A DNA stretch of 63,676 nucleotides, the filler included, from Chiloscyllium plagiosum (taxonomy: Eukaryota): the NCBI RefSeq assembly GCF_004010195.1. It is 3 parts of one record of this genome, joined end to end, with 100 filler letters (N's around TTAATTAATTAA, not from the genome) between each part and the next. Parts side by side here need not be neighbours in the genome. Positions count along the whole stretch, not along the records: positions 27,434 to 55,437 come from NC_057710.1; 2 more parts are not named here. One strand, 5' to 3'. The translations under genes were made by a program, and so were the position numbers. The notes under the pieces are model-generated. The model did no database searches and was not told the origin of the DNA. It worked only from the letters and a program-made list of their open reading frames with translations. Positions 38,191-50,605 of the stretch are shown piece after piece (the stretch's first letter is position 1; each line of letters opens with the position of its first letter).

Positions 38191-39071
38191 TGTTCTTGCT
38201 GAGGTTTTACACAAGATGCAACTTGTGCACAAATTGTTACAAACAGTTAGTTTATTTAAAGCCTGTACGTGCTAGGTAACCCTCTTTGATATGCCTCTGG
38301 TGTGAAGTCAAGTCAGAGGCCCCAATAAAGAAAACTCATCCCCTTTATAAAGGTCATTGGTAATGCTCATACTCTGGCTACTCCCCTGTCACATGCCACT
38401 CAAGATGATCCCCAGTCACTCCCTTACAATCACACGTTACCCTGGGTACAGTAGTAGGATGAGATCATTGATTTCCCTAAGATGACATAGGTGTGATGTA
38501 TCTAGCTTTGGGGATGGCTATAAAAGCATTTCTGAATGGAAGAGATTGAATGATAGTTAACTTGATGATAGTAGGGGAGTAGTAGCAAATGACTATCTAA
38601 TTGGAGTAGAAGTCATCCACATTCCTGCAGGAAGATCATCCCACCCACTTCCAGCATGTTCTGTCCATTGCAGTTTAACCCTTTAATGTCCAGAGATTCC
38701 CACTAATATTTGTACATTACAGATGTACTTAATACCTTCTGCCCCATATATGCCTCTCTAAAGGAGACTCTACCAATATTGGAAGTTAGTCAGTCACTAT
38801 GACAACCCTGTTGCCTACATGTTTGTTCCTCTATGCCTTGGTGACTGTTGGGATGCCTATGTTACACTCCTATCTGTAACTGCATCTTTTCCTATTGAGC
38901 TCTACCAATACTTCCTCAGTGGATGAGGCTTAAATTGTCCACTCATTTGTGGTTTTTAAAGGTGGCACTGTTCTGATCCCTCTTATCTGTTCTTCTCTTG
39001 GAAGCTTTTAATATTTGACTAAATGTAAAGCTGGATGGTGTTCAGTGTTATAATCATCTTTTCTTTCTTAG

Positions 39072-39146
39072 TTTATGATTGTACTGTTGATCATCTTTGC
39101 TGCCGAAGTGTCTGCCTTTGTTCTGGGATTTGTCTACAAAGGAAAG
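39072..39146 (+). CDS. tspan36: Tetraspanin-36 exon 3 (TM3): FMIVLLIIFAAEVSAFVLGFVYKGK
   Basis: Splice sites tttcttag|TTT and AAG|gtactt; 75 nt. Contains the conserved polar TM3 Glu (FAAEV). Confidence 0.93.
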
Positions 39147-40006
39147 GTACTTGATTCAACTGGTATTTTTTCCTTGTGCTAAATGTCTCCACCCTCCCCA
39201 CTTTTTTCATTGAGGCTTAATCGGTTAAATTGACTCTTTTCTAAATGGGGTTCTTGAAGGAAACATTGCTGTAGAGTCAGGGTAAACTTTGGACAGTATC
39301 AGCAAGACCAAACTTAAGGTGATTTGCCAAGTATCTCTGCCAGGCCCACTACCAACTAGACCACCAATTCCCCTTCCCATTCCTTTTCTGATATGATCAT
39401 ACTTGGCCTCCTCCCTTGCCACAATGAACCAAACTGCAAATGAGGAACAACATCTTCTGTCTAGGCAGCTTACAACCCAAAAGACTCAACATTTGAGTTC
39501 TCCAATTTCAAATAACCTCCTTCCCTTTCCCTGACTCCCTTCCTAGCAACCAACCAAATTTATTCCTCCCATTTGACCAACCAGGTTGTACCCTCTGCTG
39601 GTCCACACCATCCCCACCTCTGCCACCCCTTAGCTGCAGCTCCCCTCACCTACCCCCATCCTGAAGGGTTAACCTAAAATGTTGACTTCTCTCTTGCCAC
39701 TGGATCCTGTTTGGTTGCTGTTCCTGCCTGAGTACCTAACTACCAGCAAACTCTACAGAACAGTTGCTGCAGTACCGCAATTCCAGACAGTATTGAAATG
39801 TACCTTCCTCCCCAGTGACATTCTGAAAACTAATCTTGAGTATTAAATATTCCCAAAAATTATCATTCTATAATTCAACTGTGGGATTCCCAGTTAATAT
39901 GACTGACACTCACTTATTCTGTTCTTCGTTTTGAGATTTTTGGGTGGAATTGTGTGAATGGTCTCCAATTTGAGACAGACTAATAGTTCAGTGCCATTTC
40001 CTGTAG

Positions 40007-40102
40007 GTGCATGAAGGTGTGGATTCAACTATGACTGCTGTCTTTTCAAAATATGATGGCAAGAATGCTGAGAGCAAGACTGTGAACTACTTGCAGGAAC
40101 AG
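40007..40102 (+). CDS. tspan36: Tetraspanin-36 exon 4 (EC2 helices): VHEGVDSTMTAVFSKYDGKNAESKTVNYLQEQ
   Basis: Splice sites cctgtag|GTG and CAG|gtaagc; 96 nt. Confidence 0.93.
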
Positions 40103-40246
40103 GTAAGCTTAACATGTTTAGTGCTTGATTTTGGAGGTGTCACTGGGGTCAACCCAGCAAGCAAATTCCACTACAGCATGATTGGTTAAGTCAAATCTGT
40201 ATTGATGCTTTGTTGCATTTGGAAATTGACTTTTTTTCTCTTCTAG

Positions 40247-40396
40247 ATGGCATGCTGTGGGTTGAAAAACTACACCTATTGGAATACCACTAATTGGTTC
40301 ATCAAGGGCAACCAGACTTACCCCCTCAGCTGCTGCAAGCATCAATTCTCCAACTGCACAGGAAGCCCAAGTCATCCTGAGCTCCTCAATACAGCA
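40247..40396 (+). CDS. tspan36: Tetraspanin-36 exon 5 (EC2 variable region): MACCGLKNYTYWNTTNWFIKGNQTYPLSCCKHQFSNCTGSPSHPELLNTA
   Basis: Splice sites ctcttctag|ATG and GCA|gtatgg; 150 nt. Contains the CCG and PxSCC tetraspanin signatures. Confidence 0.95.
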
Positions 40397-42517
40397 GTAT
40401 GGATTCATGATCATTTTAATACCTCCACTTTTGACTGTTTTTAAATAACTTAGGTTAGCTGCAACATTGTGGTACTGGAAAAGCACAGCTGGTCAGGCAG
40501 CATATGAGGAACAGGAGAGATGTTTCAAGCATATGCTCTTGAAAATAGTCTGTTAGCAAGAATTGTAGCTGTCCTAATTCATGGCTTTCTATGCTGAGTT
40601 AGTGATTCAAATAATAGGATAAGAGGTTGAAGAATATTTCTTAATGAGTGAATTGTAGTTTTAATCTGGTCATGCAGTTTTCTGTATTCCTATACTTATG
40701 GTAGTGAATGTTCCTCTTAAATAGTTTTCAATACTGAATCTACCAATGTCCAACATCTAATTGATATTTCATAGCCTTTCAACCTCAGAAGTTCAGTTCA
40801 TAACTACACCAAACCTGAGCACTTGCAGGTAGTGCTCCAGTACTGAATTACTGGAAAGTCAACATTCAAGTGACTAAGTTTGGTAAAGAGGACAGCAGTG
40901 AAAACCTTAAGGTTTTTTCCCTGAAATTCTTACACACAATGCAACTGCACCACATTCTGTGAACGAACAAATCTTATTCAGTACAAATTTTCTGGGGAAT
41001 TTTTAAGATGCTTCACCTCACAGGGTTTGCAGAGCCATGTCAAAGCTCTCCCTGATGAAAGGGTAATAGTCCTTCCTTTACATCAGTTAGTAATGTCCAT
41101 AAGAGAGCCCCAGCCATTCAAGATGCAATGCAGTGATCCCATCACCTCACTCCAGAAACAATATAGTCCAGGTCTGGTGTGAATTTTTTTACTGTTGGAG
41201 AGTAGTCAAATTCCAACTATGTTTCCTATTGATCCCTGAATAGGGGGTGAGAGTATAAATTCCTCTGAATAATAGGAGCCAATGCATTTTCTGGCAATCT
41301 AGCTGTAAGCCAAGACTCCAATTTCCTGCAAATCAGCAGAGACAGTTAACACTTGTTAATATTGCAATCAGTAATTGACTGTTTTATCCTCTTGAATTCC
41401 CCCAGTCATTGCTGTGCAGCAATTGTTTTATGACTAAATGTGTAATGTTAGTTTCAACAGAGGGGTTGAGGTGTATATAACTATCTTTAGGATCACCCCC
41501 AACACTGGAATTGCATTTTTAACTGAGGTTGCATTTAATCTATTGTTAATGATGCTTGATATCACTTCATTAGAGATGGACTAAAGGGTCTGTTTCCATG
41601 CTGACCAATATCCTAAATAAAGCTATCACTGGCCCATATCTGTCTAAACCTATCTAGATGCTCTTTGTGGTGTAATTGAAGCTGCTGCCACCACCACCTG
41701 GCAGCTCATTCCAAACATAACCACAGTGCAGATTTTCATTGAGGATTGAGGAATTCTACTGGAGTCATTCATTTTGATTAAAATATTTCATGTTGCATTA
41801 AATGAGCTTCATTTCTAATTTACAAGAAAAAAATCTTACTCTCCCTGGCTTTGGGAGAAATTAAAACTAAATGCTTTAGACATTTCAGCTTTTAAAATAT
41901 GTCCATATTAATGGTTGGAAGACTTACTCTTTTAAGGGAAAGAAGTCTCTTTTTCTAATGAACTTTTTAATGCCTTTGGACATTCGTGAAACATCTGATC
42001 TGGCTTGGGGATCAAATACTCCCCTCACTTGTGGGAGAAAAGCAAACGATTTCTTTTGAAGCTGTAGGTGAGAGTTAAGATTTTTAAAATGTAGGCATTG
42101 TCAATGGCAGCAATTGTTTAAACTGGCTTGCTTGGCCACTTCACCATTGTGGCTGGCTCTTAACTGCCTTCTGGACTTGTGGAGCTGCATGGATTGCTGA
42201 CAAAGGATGGTAAGTATCCATTGACTTTTCAATTTTTGGAGCTTAAATTGAATTTCATGTTTTACCTCATAAAATGGTAGGATTTGAACCAGTGCTCCAC
42301 TCAAACCAGTGTTTGATTGTGACATTTCTCACTCATGTCTCTACAAATGAGATGACGGTTACTTGCTAGGGAAAACTAATTTTAACCCAGGCATTGGGTG
42401 AAAACTTTTGTGCAGTCTAGAAGTTTCTTCAGTGACTGCAGTTTCAATGACTAAGACTGTCACTTTTCAACTAGTGTAGATTAGACTATTTCTGAAAATA
42501 ACATTTTGTTTAAACAG

Positions 42518-42601
42518 GGATGTGAGATGAAGTTGGAGACTGGCCTTGAATCCATTCTGAGTTATGCCATGCTAGTTATCCTGGGATTTGCCATAATCAA
42601 G
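42518..42601 (+). CDS. tspan36: Tetraspanin-36 exon 6: GCEMKLETGLESILSYAMLVILGFAIIK
   Basis: Splice sites taaacag|GGA and AAG|gtactg; 84 nt. Has the GC motif. LSYAMLVILGFAIIK matches my recollection of zebrafish Tspan36 rather than TSPAN3. Confidence 0.93.
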
Positions 42602-43566
42602 GTACTGAATTTTCATTTTTGAATCAGCTTTTTGCTCTTGAAATAAAAGATCTGCTGACTAAGGTGGTTGGCCATCAAGATAATAGCTTAGGAAGAGTTG
42701 ATTTAACATAGCTTGAGTATTCAAGAAACAAATACAACTGACTTTTTTGATTCCATTGTAATTGGTCAATTTTAGATCACTTGATTACCTTGCTGCCCTG
42801 TTTAGTTGAATGGGTGGAATCTATTTTATGGCTAAGAGCAATTGAAGGCTTCTAACCATGAGCAGACAGCAATCCAAGGTGGTTGCTGCAATCAGTATCT
42901 ATCACAATGTACTCTTCAAAGTGGCCTGACCCCCTTATGGAGGGAAAATTTGTAATCAGCTTGGTCAATGTTATGACTCCCCTAGTGAGACACCCAGAGA
43001 TAGGAGAAAGTGAGGACTGCAGATGCTGGAGATCAGAGCTGAAAATGTGTTGCTGGAAAAGCACAGCAGGTCAGGCAGCATCCAGGGAACAGGAGAATCG
43101 ACGTTTCGGGCATAAGACCTTACGCAGAGATAGGAAACTACTGCAGCATCAGCCTTTGAAGGAGAAATACTAGCTGACAAGTGACTGTGTATATGGTCCT
43201 AATTCACAGCAAATACCAGTCAGTTTCTTTTAGTTACAACACTAGCCCTCCGGTCTACTGCCAGAAGGCCACCTTCATTTTGGCAATTTAAGAATTAGGA
43301 AATTTTTCAAAGGGCTTCTGAAATTCCAACTTGTGTTGACAGTGGCCTTGGAAAATTGGATTAGCCAGCAGGCATTTGCCTCTAATCCAACCTGTCAATC
43401 TCACTGAAATGGTGGCTGACAGAAATTCTGTCTGCATGTTCCTTCTCCCCAATCACCAAGTGATTGCATTCTCTTCTGGTAATGTTTGTAGTTTTATTGC
43501 CATTGCTTTTTCCTATATGCTTAAACCAGACACTAAGACTAAATTTCATCCCTAATTTTTCACCAG

Positions 43567-43653
43567 TTTTTTGGAATGATCAGCATTTGTGTGATTGGCT
43601 GCAGACAAAAACAGATGGATTACCAACCACTTCCTTCTGGAATATATGCATGA
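43567..43653 (+). CDS. tspan36: Tetraspanin-36 last exon: FFGMISICVIGCRQKQMDYQPLPSGIYA*
   Basis: Acceptor ttttcaccag|TTT, stop TGA at 43651-43653. Encodes the TM4 end, juxtamembrane Cys and a YQPL motif. Confidence 0.92.
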   Translation, partial: FFGMISICVIGCRQKQMDYQPLPSGIYA

Positions 43654-44740
43654 AGAAAATCTCCAGCTTTAAGAACTTGGTGAAACCTTGCACTCCATTG
43701 TTCAGACCCACCAAACTGGAAACTTTGGTATTTCTCCATAAAATGGAAGCTATCACCACATTCACATCTACCCAGTCTCTGAAGTGTGTACTTTGCAATG
43801 AACATTCTGTGCAGATTATAATCTCTCTAATACCTTTCTCCCCTTTTTTAACTTTGCTTTTGATGTGGCTTTGTGTTGAATTACAACTAATGTACACTCT
43901 TCTGAATCATTTGAAATTGTTAAATGCTGGGTTTTTTTTGGATTGAGCAAACTGAATTTCTCTAGGGTGGAGGTGTGAAAACTAGGGATTGAACCACTAT
44001 TTGTTTGGATTAATGAACTACTTTTTCCTGCACAAGTGGATTTGGTCTTGACCACCATAATGTGAATCGGTTTATATCTGGGATTTTATTGCATTCTGTA
44101 AATACTGTAGCCACTTTGGCTTTAAACAACTAATCCTGTTCTCTCTGCACAAGTAATTGCAGTAAGAATTTAATCTTTTGAACAGAAGCTGGATTTCTTT
44201 TGAAATTAACCATGCTTGCATGTGTTTTCACTTTTCAGCTATAACTAAGAATCTGATCTGAATAACTAATTTGTCAGCTGCAGTGTAAATACACAAAAAT
44301 AGCTGCACTAAATCTGTGCATCCTCTTCAAAATGAATTCACTTTCTTTTTAACTGGTATCTTAAATGTGTTCTTATAGCCAATTGTCACATTTTTTGGTC
44401 TGAACAGATGCAAGGTCTGATTGCATTAGTGTATGTTGAATATTAAGAAAATGTAAATCAATACTTCAGAACTGGTGGTGGAAGAGATTGCATTTGTATG
44501 CCACCTATTTGCTCCATACATTTAACTCCTGAATATCTCCGTTTTGTCACAGATTGCTAATTAGCAACTGAATCAATCCCTCCATTTCATTCCACTGAGA
44601 CTGACCAAGATTCAAGTGCAAAGCTTAAGTTTAAATCTGCTCAATTTAACTAGGCTGTCAGTTACACAAACAATGTAAAATAAATCATTGTAGTAAACAG
44701 CTTTGTAAAAACATTTTGCTATGATTTTAGTGCTTCTCTG

Positions 44741-44746
44741 AATAAA
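44741..44746 (+). terminator. Likely tspan36 polyadenylation signal (alternative AATAAA at 44679-44684)
   Basis: AATAAA is followed by a GU/U-rich tract (TGTTTTGTGTACTTGGCTTTCTTTGCTTTTT) and ends a ~1.1 kb AT-rich segment with no recognisable repeat. Confidence 0.6.
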
Positions 44747-45984
44747 TGACTTACTGTTTTGTGTACTTGGCTTTCTTTGCTTTTTAAGTAATAACACCAG
44801 AATAATGCACAACCTCTGAATTGTTTCTAGGACTGACTGCAGTTAACTGAACAAAAGACGACCTCCTCCAGAGGTGGCAGAGAATCCCATTTGGGGAAAC
44901 TTGATATTGTAGTTACATTATATCCATCCTTGTATAGATTAGTAACATGGTTTGAGCTTGATCTGCTTTTGAGGCTAATGAAATTGTAGCTCACCAGATT
45001 TTTCAAGGTGGTGTCTAAAGAATGAGTTGTCAGAGGAAGTGGGGGTTTGTAAAATTAGAATATTTTACCCATACAGCTGCCTCTTATGAATATGGACCAA
45101 ATGCTAGCAAACAAAACTAGATTTGTTTACCAAATCTGATCATGGAAAAGTTGAACTAAGGGTTTGTTGCATGCTGGGCATTAATCACTGGCTGTCTAGC
45201 ATTTCTGTTCCTGTTGCCCTTGAGGATAGGGGTGAGCTACCTTGAACTATTGCCTCCCAGCACCAGGAACTGGGTTTCCATTCCACCATGATGCCTGGTT
45301 GTGTGGAGCTTGTGCTCACACTCTGGGTGGGGGGGGGCGTGGCAGGGTGCTGCTATCATAAATCTACCTTCCTGGCAGGTCGCCATAACATTTTCAGGCA
45401 GTTGGCTGCAGTGTTCGCCACTACATGTCATCAGTCAAACAATCACATTTTTGATCTTAATGGTGGGAAGGTTGTTGGAGCAGCTGAAGACGGTTGGGCC
45501 TAGGACACCTGAGGAACTGCTGCTGAGATGACTGAGCTCCAGTAACCAGTCATCTTCCTTTGTCAGCTATAACTCTAACCAATGCAAGCTTGCACCTGAT
45601 GCCCATTGATTTCCAGTTCTGTTAGGGCTCCTTGATACCATACTTGGTCAAATGTGGCCTTGATGTCAAAGGCTATCACATTCCCCTTGCCCCTAGAATT
45701 CAACTCTTGGCCATGTTTTAACCAAGGCTGTACAGAGGTCAGAAATTGGTCATGGTGCATCCCAAATGGGATGTTGGTGCAATCCTGCAGCTCCTGATCA
45801 ATGTTTACCTTTCACCACTTTCTTTAAACTGATCAAGAGTGGATTTGATGTGCAGTAATTGGTTTGATTTGTCATCCTTTGTGTACAGGACAACTGGGCA
45901 ATTTTTTTTAACATTGGTAGATGTTCCAGTACACCTGTAGCACAAACAACTTGGCTTAGGGAGTGGCAAATTCTGGAGCATAAA

Positions 45985-46277
45985 TGGGCAGCAGTGGTTA
46001 GCATAGCTACCTCACAGCACCAGAGACCTAGGTTCAATTCCCACCTCAGTCTGTGTGGAGTTTGCACATTCACCCCATGTCTGTGTGGGTTTCCTCCAGG
46101 TGCTCCAGTTTCCTCCCACAGTCCAAACATGTGCAGGTTAGGTGAATTGGCCATGCTAAATTGCCTGTAGTGTGTGAAGGGGTAAATGTAGAGGACTGGG
46201 TCTGGATGCGTTGCACTTAAGGTCGGTGTGGACTTGTTGGGCAGAAGGGCCTGTTTCCACACTAAGTAATCTAAATC
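45985..46277 (+). mobile_element. HE1 V-SINE inserted into a decayed minus-strand LINE (~45190-46330)
   Basis: GCAGTGGTTAGC head, B-box GGTTCAATTCC, V-domain, and tail GGGCCTGTTTCCACACTAAGTAATCTAA. Confidence 0.85.
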
Positions 46278-47562
46278 TTCAGTATTATTGCTGGATTATT
46301 CAGGCCCATCACCTTTCACTATCTAGTGCCTTCCCTTTTGTTAAGCAGATTGGATTCACTCCTCATGATCAAGACTGGTATCTGAGATACTGGGAATCAC
46401 TGGAGATGGATTGCCTAATGCAATAAACAATTCTGTCCCAGCACACTCTCTCATTTAGATTTTTCACAATCAGTCTCTAAGCATATTATAGCAATGCTGT
46501 ATGAGTAAATTTAACACTATTAGAAATGTTTACTTTCACTGTGAAGGCATATCTTTAATAAGACCATGCATCTTTTTGTGTTTTGTCATCTGCACACCAA
46601 GATCCAGATCACTAATGTATCAGGAAAAAGCAAGGATTCTAAGACTGACTGGGGAAGTTCACTTTAGACTGTCCTCAAATGTGAAAACTATCCATTGTGC
46701 ATTACTGATTCCTATTAGAGCCAGTTTTGCCTCCACTGGTTGGTCCTTAATGTCAGTGACCTGCAGCACAAGAAAAGGCACATTGAGTTGGTGCAGTCTC
46801 CAGTGCTATCACATTCCTAATACAATGTGGATTCCTAAACTGCATACAATACTCTAGTTTAGACCTAATCAACTCTTCCAGTGTAACCTTCCTGACCTTA
46901 AACACACTGCCTCACCTAACTGCCCTGCTCCTCATCCCACCCACTTTTTCTATATAGCCATAGACTTTGGGGCCTGTCTTTGTACTGCACTGCTTCCAAG
47001 ATTGCATATCCTCCTTTTGGTGCTCACAGAACAGATGTAGCTTAAGTAAAAACTTGTATAATTTTAAACTGCCTTGTCTTCTCATATACTGTGTCACTTG
47101 GAATTCATGTCTTGGATTTGAGAAATTGTTATTGTAAATCAAACTGATACATATAGGGAATAGTGTAGATCAAACAAAAGCTCCAAGTGATCTAGAAAAT
47201 GGAGTTCTGCAGCAATACAGATGAACCTCAATTATCCAAAGGACACAGGTGGGGAGTATTTCACTGTCAATTGAATGCCAGTTAACAGTTTAGCCAAGCA
47301 TCAGGATCTTGCCAGATAATCAAGTTTCCTTTAATTTAGAAATGTCTTCAGGACAGATCAGTCATACTAAGGGACTTTTTTTTCTAGTAAGTTATGTAAA
47401 GCCCTCCATCTCCTCCAAGGCTTCTGTTTCCCTGGCCCCAACGCCTCATCTTCACCATGGATATCCAATCCCTCTACACCTCCATCCGCCATGACCAGGG
47501 CTTCCAAGCCCTCAATTTTTTCCTCTCCCGACACTCATTTGTTTGGCCGAACTGGTCCTCAT

Positions 47563-47871
47563 TAGATTAGATTACTTTAGATTAGATTACTTACAGTGTG
47601 GAAACAGGCCCTTCGGCCCAACAAGTCCACACCGACCCGCCGAAGCGTAACCCACCCATTCCCGTACATTTACCCCTTTACCTAACACTACAGGCAATTT
47701 AGCATAGCCAATTCACCTGACCTGCACATCTTTGGACTGTGGGAGGAAACCCACGCAGACACGGGGAGAATGTGCAAACTCCACACAGTCAGTCGCCTGA
47801 GTCAGGAATTGAACCCGGGGCCTCTGGCGCTGTGAGGCAGCAGTGCTAACCACTGTGCCACCGTGCCGCCC
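47563..47871 (-). mobile_element. Young near-full-length HE1 V-SINE inserted into the PLE RT
   Basis: Minus strand GGGCGGCACGGTGGCACAGTGGTTAGC (A-box), GGTTCAATTCC (B-box), V-domain and (TCTAA)n-type tail; CpGs are retained. Confidence 0.92.
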
Positions 47872-49061
47872 GATTTCTCCTTAACAATTTCTCCTTTGAA
47901 TCCTCCCAGATCAAAGGGGTAGCCATGGGCACACATATGAGCCCCAGCTATGCCTGTCTCTTTGGCTATGTAGAACAGTTGATCTTCTGTAATTACAACG
48001 GCACCACTCCCCACCTCTTCCTCTGCTACATTGATGACTGCACTGGCGCCACCTCGTGCTCCCGCGAGGAGGTTGAGCAATAGATCAACTTCACCGACAC
48101 ATTCCACCCTGACCTTAAATTTACCTGGACCATCTCTGATACCTCCCTCCCCTTCCTGGACCTCTTCATTTCCATTAATGACGACCGACTTGTCACTGAC
48201 ATTTTTTACAAACCCACCGACTCCCAACCTACCTCTTGCAAAAATGCCATCCCGTATTCCCAATTCCTCCACCTCCGCCTTATCTGCTCCCAGGAGGGCC
48301 AGTTCCACCACAGAACACAACAGATGGCCTCCTTCTTTAGAGACCGCAATTTCCCTTCCCACGTGGTTAAAGATGCTCTCCAATGCATCTCGTCCACATC
48401 CCACACCTCCGCCCTCAGACCCCACCCCTCCAACCATAACAAGGACAAAGCCCCTGGTGCTCACCTTCCACCCTACCAACCTTCGCATAAACCAAATCAT
48501 TTGCCGACATTTTCGCCACCTCCAAAAAGACCCCACCACCAGGGATATATTTNNNNNNNNNNNNNNNNNNNNNNNNNNNNNNNNNNNNNNNNNNNNNNNN
48601 NNNNNNNNNNNNNNNNNNNNNNNNNNNNNNNNNNNNNNNNNNNNNNNNNNNNNNNNNNNNNNNNNNNNNNNNNNNNNNNNNNNNNNNNNNNNNNNNNNNN
48701 NNNNNNNNNNNNNNNNNNNNNNNNNNNNNNNNNNNNNNNNNNNNNNNNNNNNNNNNNNNNNNNNNNNNNNNNNNNNNNNNNNNNNNNNNNNNNNNNNNNN
48801 NNNNNNNNNNNNNNNNNNNNNNNNNNNNNNNNTTCCTCATTTCCCCTTCCCCCACCTCACCCTAGTTCCAAACTTCCAGCTCAGCACTGTCCCCATGACT
48901 TGTCCTACCTGCCTATCTTCTTTTCCACCTATCCACTCCACCCTCCTCCTCGACATCACCTTCATCCCCTCCCCCACTCACTCATTGTACTCTATGCTAC
49001 TTTCTCCCCACCCCACCCTCCTCTGGCTTATCTCTCCACCCTTCAGGCTCTCTGCCTTTAT

Positions 49062-49093
49062 TCCTGATGAAGGGCTTTTGCCTGAAACGTCGA
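49062..49093 (+). ncRNA. Minimal type-I hammerhead ribozyme motif (PLE family 1)
   Basis: TC-CTGATGA-A-GGGC(TTTT)GCCT-GAAA-CGTC-GA: catalytic core, stem II, palindromic ACGT stem III and predicted GUC cleavage after 49091. Confidence 0.7.
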
Positions 49094-50431
49094 TTTTACT
49101 GCTCCTCGGATGCTGCCTGAACTGCTGTGCTCTTCCAGCACCACTAATCCAGAATTTAGCTTGCTGCTGTCAAATGATTATTAAATGTGCTCAAAAGCCA
49201 CTTCATGACCTTGGAGGATAAGAATCTCTGTTTAACAGGGATCTGGAATTTGAAAATATCAAATTGCAAGTTTTGAATTTAAAACTTTTTCATTTGAGGG
49301 GGAATCGTAATTACTTCAGTTATGGCTAGATGACACACCATCGTGCTGTAATGCGAATATACACAATTTCCTCAAAAACGTTGCAAGATGACTGTTACTT
49401 TCTCAACTTAACACTCCTGAGTTGAATTAATGATTCATGTAAATGAGATGAAAGTCCTATGGGTTTTAAAAGTTTAAGGATGTTGAACATGGGTGAAAAT
49501 GCATTATGTAAATATCTATATAGGATAGCCTACTATTCATCACTAAATCTCTCATGCCCCTCATTCTGGATTGTTTCTCTGCTACTACAACAACTAAAAA
49601 TACTTACTAATAAATTATGAACTGTTGTGAATATGTGAAATGAATGGAAATCTTTTACAAATTACTTTACTGATTAGATTAAAACCCAAGAAACAGCAAA
49701 GCAAAGGTTTCTAATTAGTCTCTATCTTTAATTAGCTAATGGCATTACACATTTTTGTTCAAATGTAGTTCGGGACTAGAATATGACCATTTTCATAATC
49801 AAATTCTTGAGGGAGATAGTTACTTATCAGTTGCTTCTCACAAAGGCACTCAGCTTTTCTAGCATCAAACCATTAGGCCTCAGGAGATCAGGAAAAATGT
49901 TTTCTAGAGTAAGGACCTTGTCCCATTTGGAGCTGATTTTTCACAGCATGATGCTTCCAAATACATTGCAGTCTCTGGCTTTGGGACTGCCTGACCTACC
50001 TTCCAAGAGGAGGCTGCTAAGTTACCTCGCTAAGTTATTATGTACAGCTTCTTAATTTGACAGGCTCCATAAGAATGTGCCAATTATTAAGATCTTAATT
50101 AGGGACAGATTTGGTTGCATCTAATTGCGTAACAATTCCTGCCACCAATTTAACTCCTGCATAATCTTACAGAGGTGACAGCATGTCCTGGAACAGACAC
50201 AATGTGTTTTGCCTATTGTTTTCATGCCCCCTGTGCCTTTGACATTGAAAATTCACATTGTACATAAATGTTATAGACTGTAGAGTGTTCTCTTATTGAA
50301 CAAAAATTTAGATTACAAAACTGCCTTAATGCAGTGCAATATTGTGGTGTGAGTAATGGTTTTACAAAATTACTACATTGTGGGTGTACATAGCTTCCAG
50401 GGAATGCAGCAGTTCAAGAAAGCAACTCACC

Positions 50432-50605
50432 ACTAACTTCTCAAGTTCTGGATTAGTGGGTGGGCTGGGCTGGGCTTTTGCCCGAAACATCGATTTCGAA
50501 GCTCCTTGGATGCTGCCTGAACTGCTGTGCTCTTCCAGCACCACTAATCCAGAATCTGGTTTCCAGCATCTGCAGTCATTGTTTTTACCTTACTAACTTC
50601 TCAAG
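50432..50605 (+). mobile_element. Truncated PLE terminal insertion with 14-bp TSD, short inverted 5' cap and slippage filler
   Basis: ACTAACTTCTCAAG occurs at 50432-50445 and 50592-50605. The 5' TTCTGGATTAGTGG is the inverse of CCACTAATCCAGAA (50541-50554). A (GGGCT)n filler lies between them. Confidence 0.8.

Larger units (their letters stand above)
47395..49155 (+). mobile_element. Penelope-like element (Neptune-like RT), decayed, with a gap at 48553-48832 and a 3' terminal repeat
   Basis: Plus-strand PLE RT motifs: RLIFTMDIQSLYTSIRH, QIKGVAMGTHMSPSYACLF, CYIDD, FHPDLKFTWTISDTSLPFLDL, FYKPTDS and AIPYSQFLHLRLICS. The terminal repeat carries a hammerhead at 49062-49093. Confidence 0.88.

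Noticed and set aside
35441..43653. Calling the tetraspanin TSPAN3
   Set aside because: The exon layout is similar, but diagnostic segments (FAAEV, LSYAMLVILGFAIIK/FFGM, YQPL, 96- and 150-nt EC2 exons) fit Tspan36 better as I recall the sequences. A phylogeny would be decisive.
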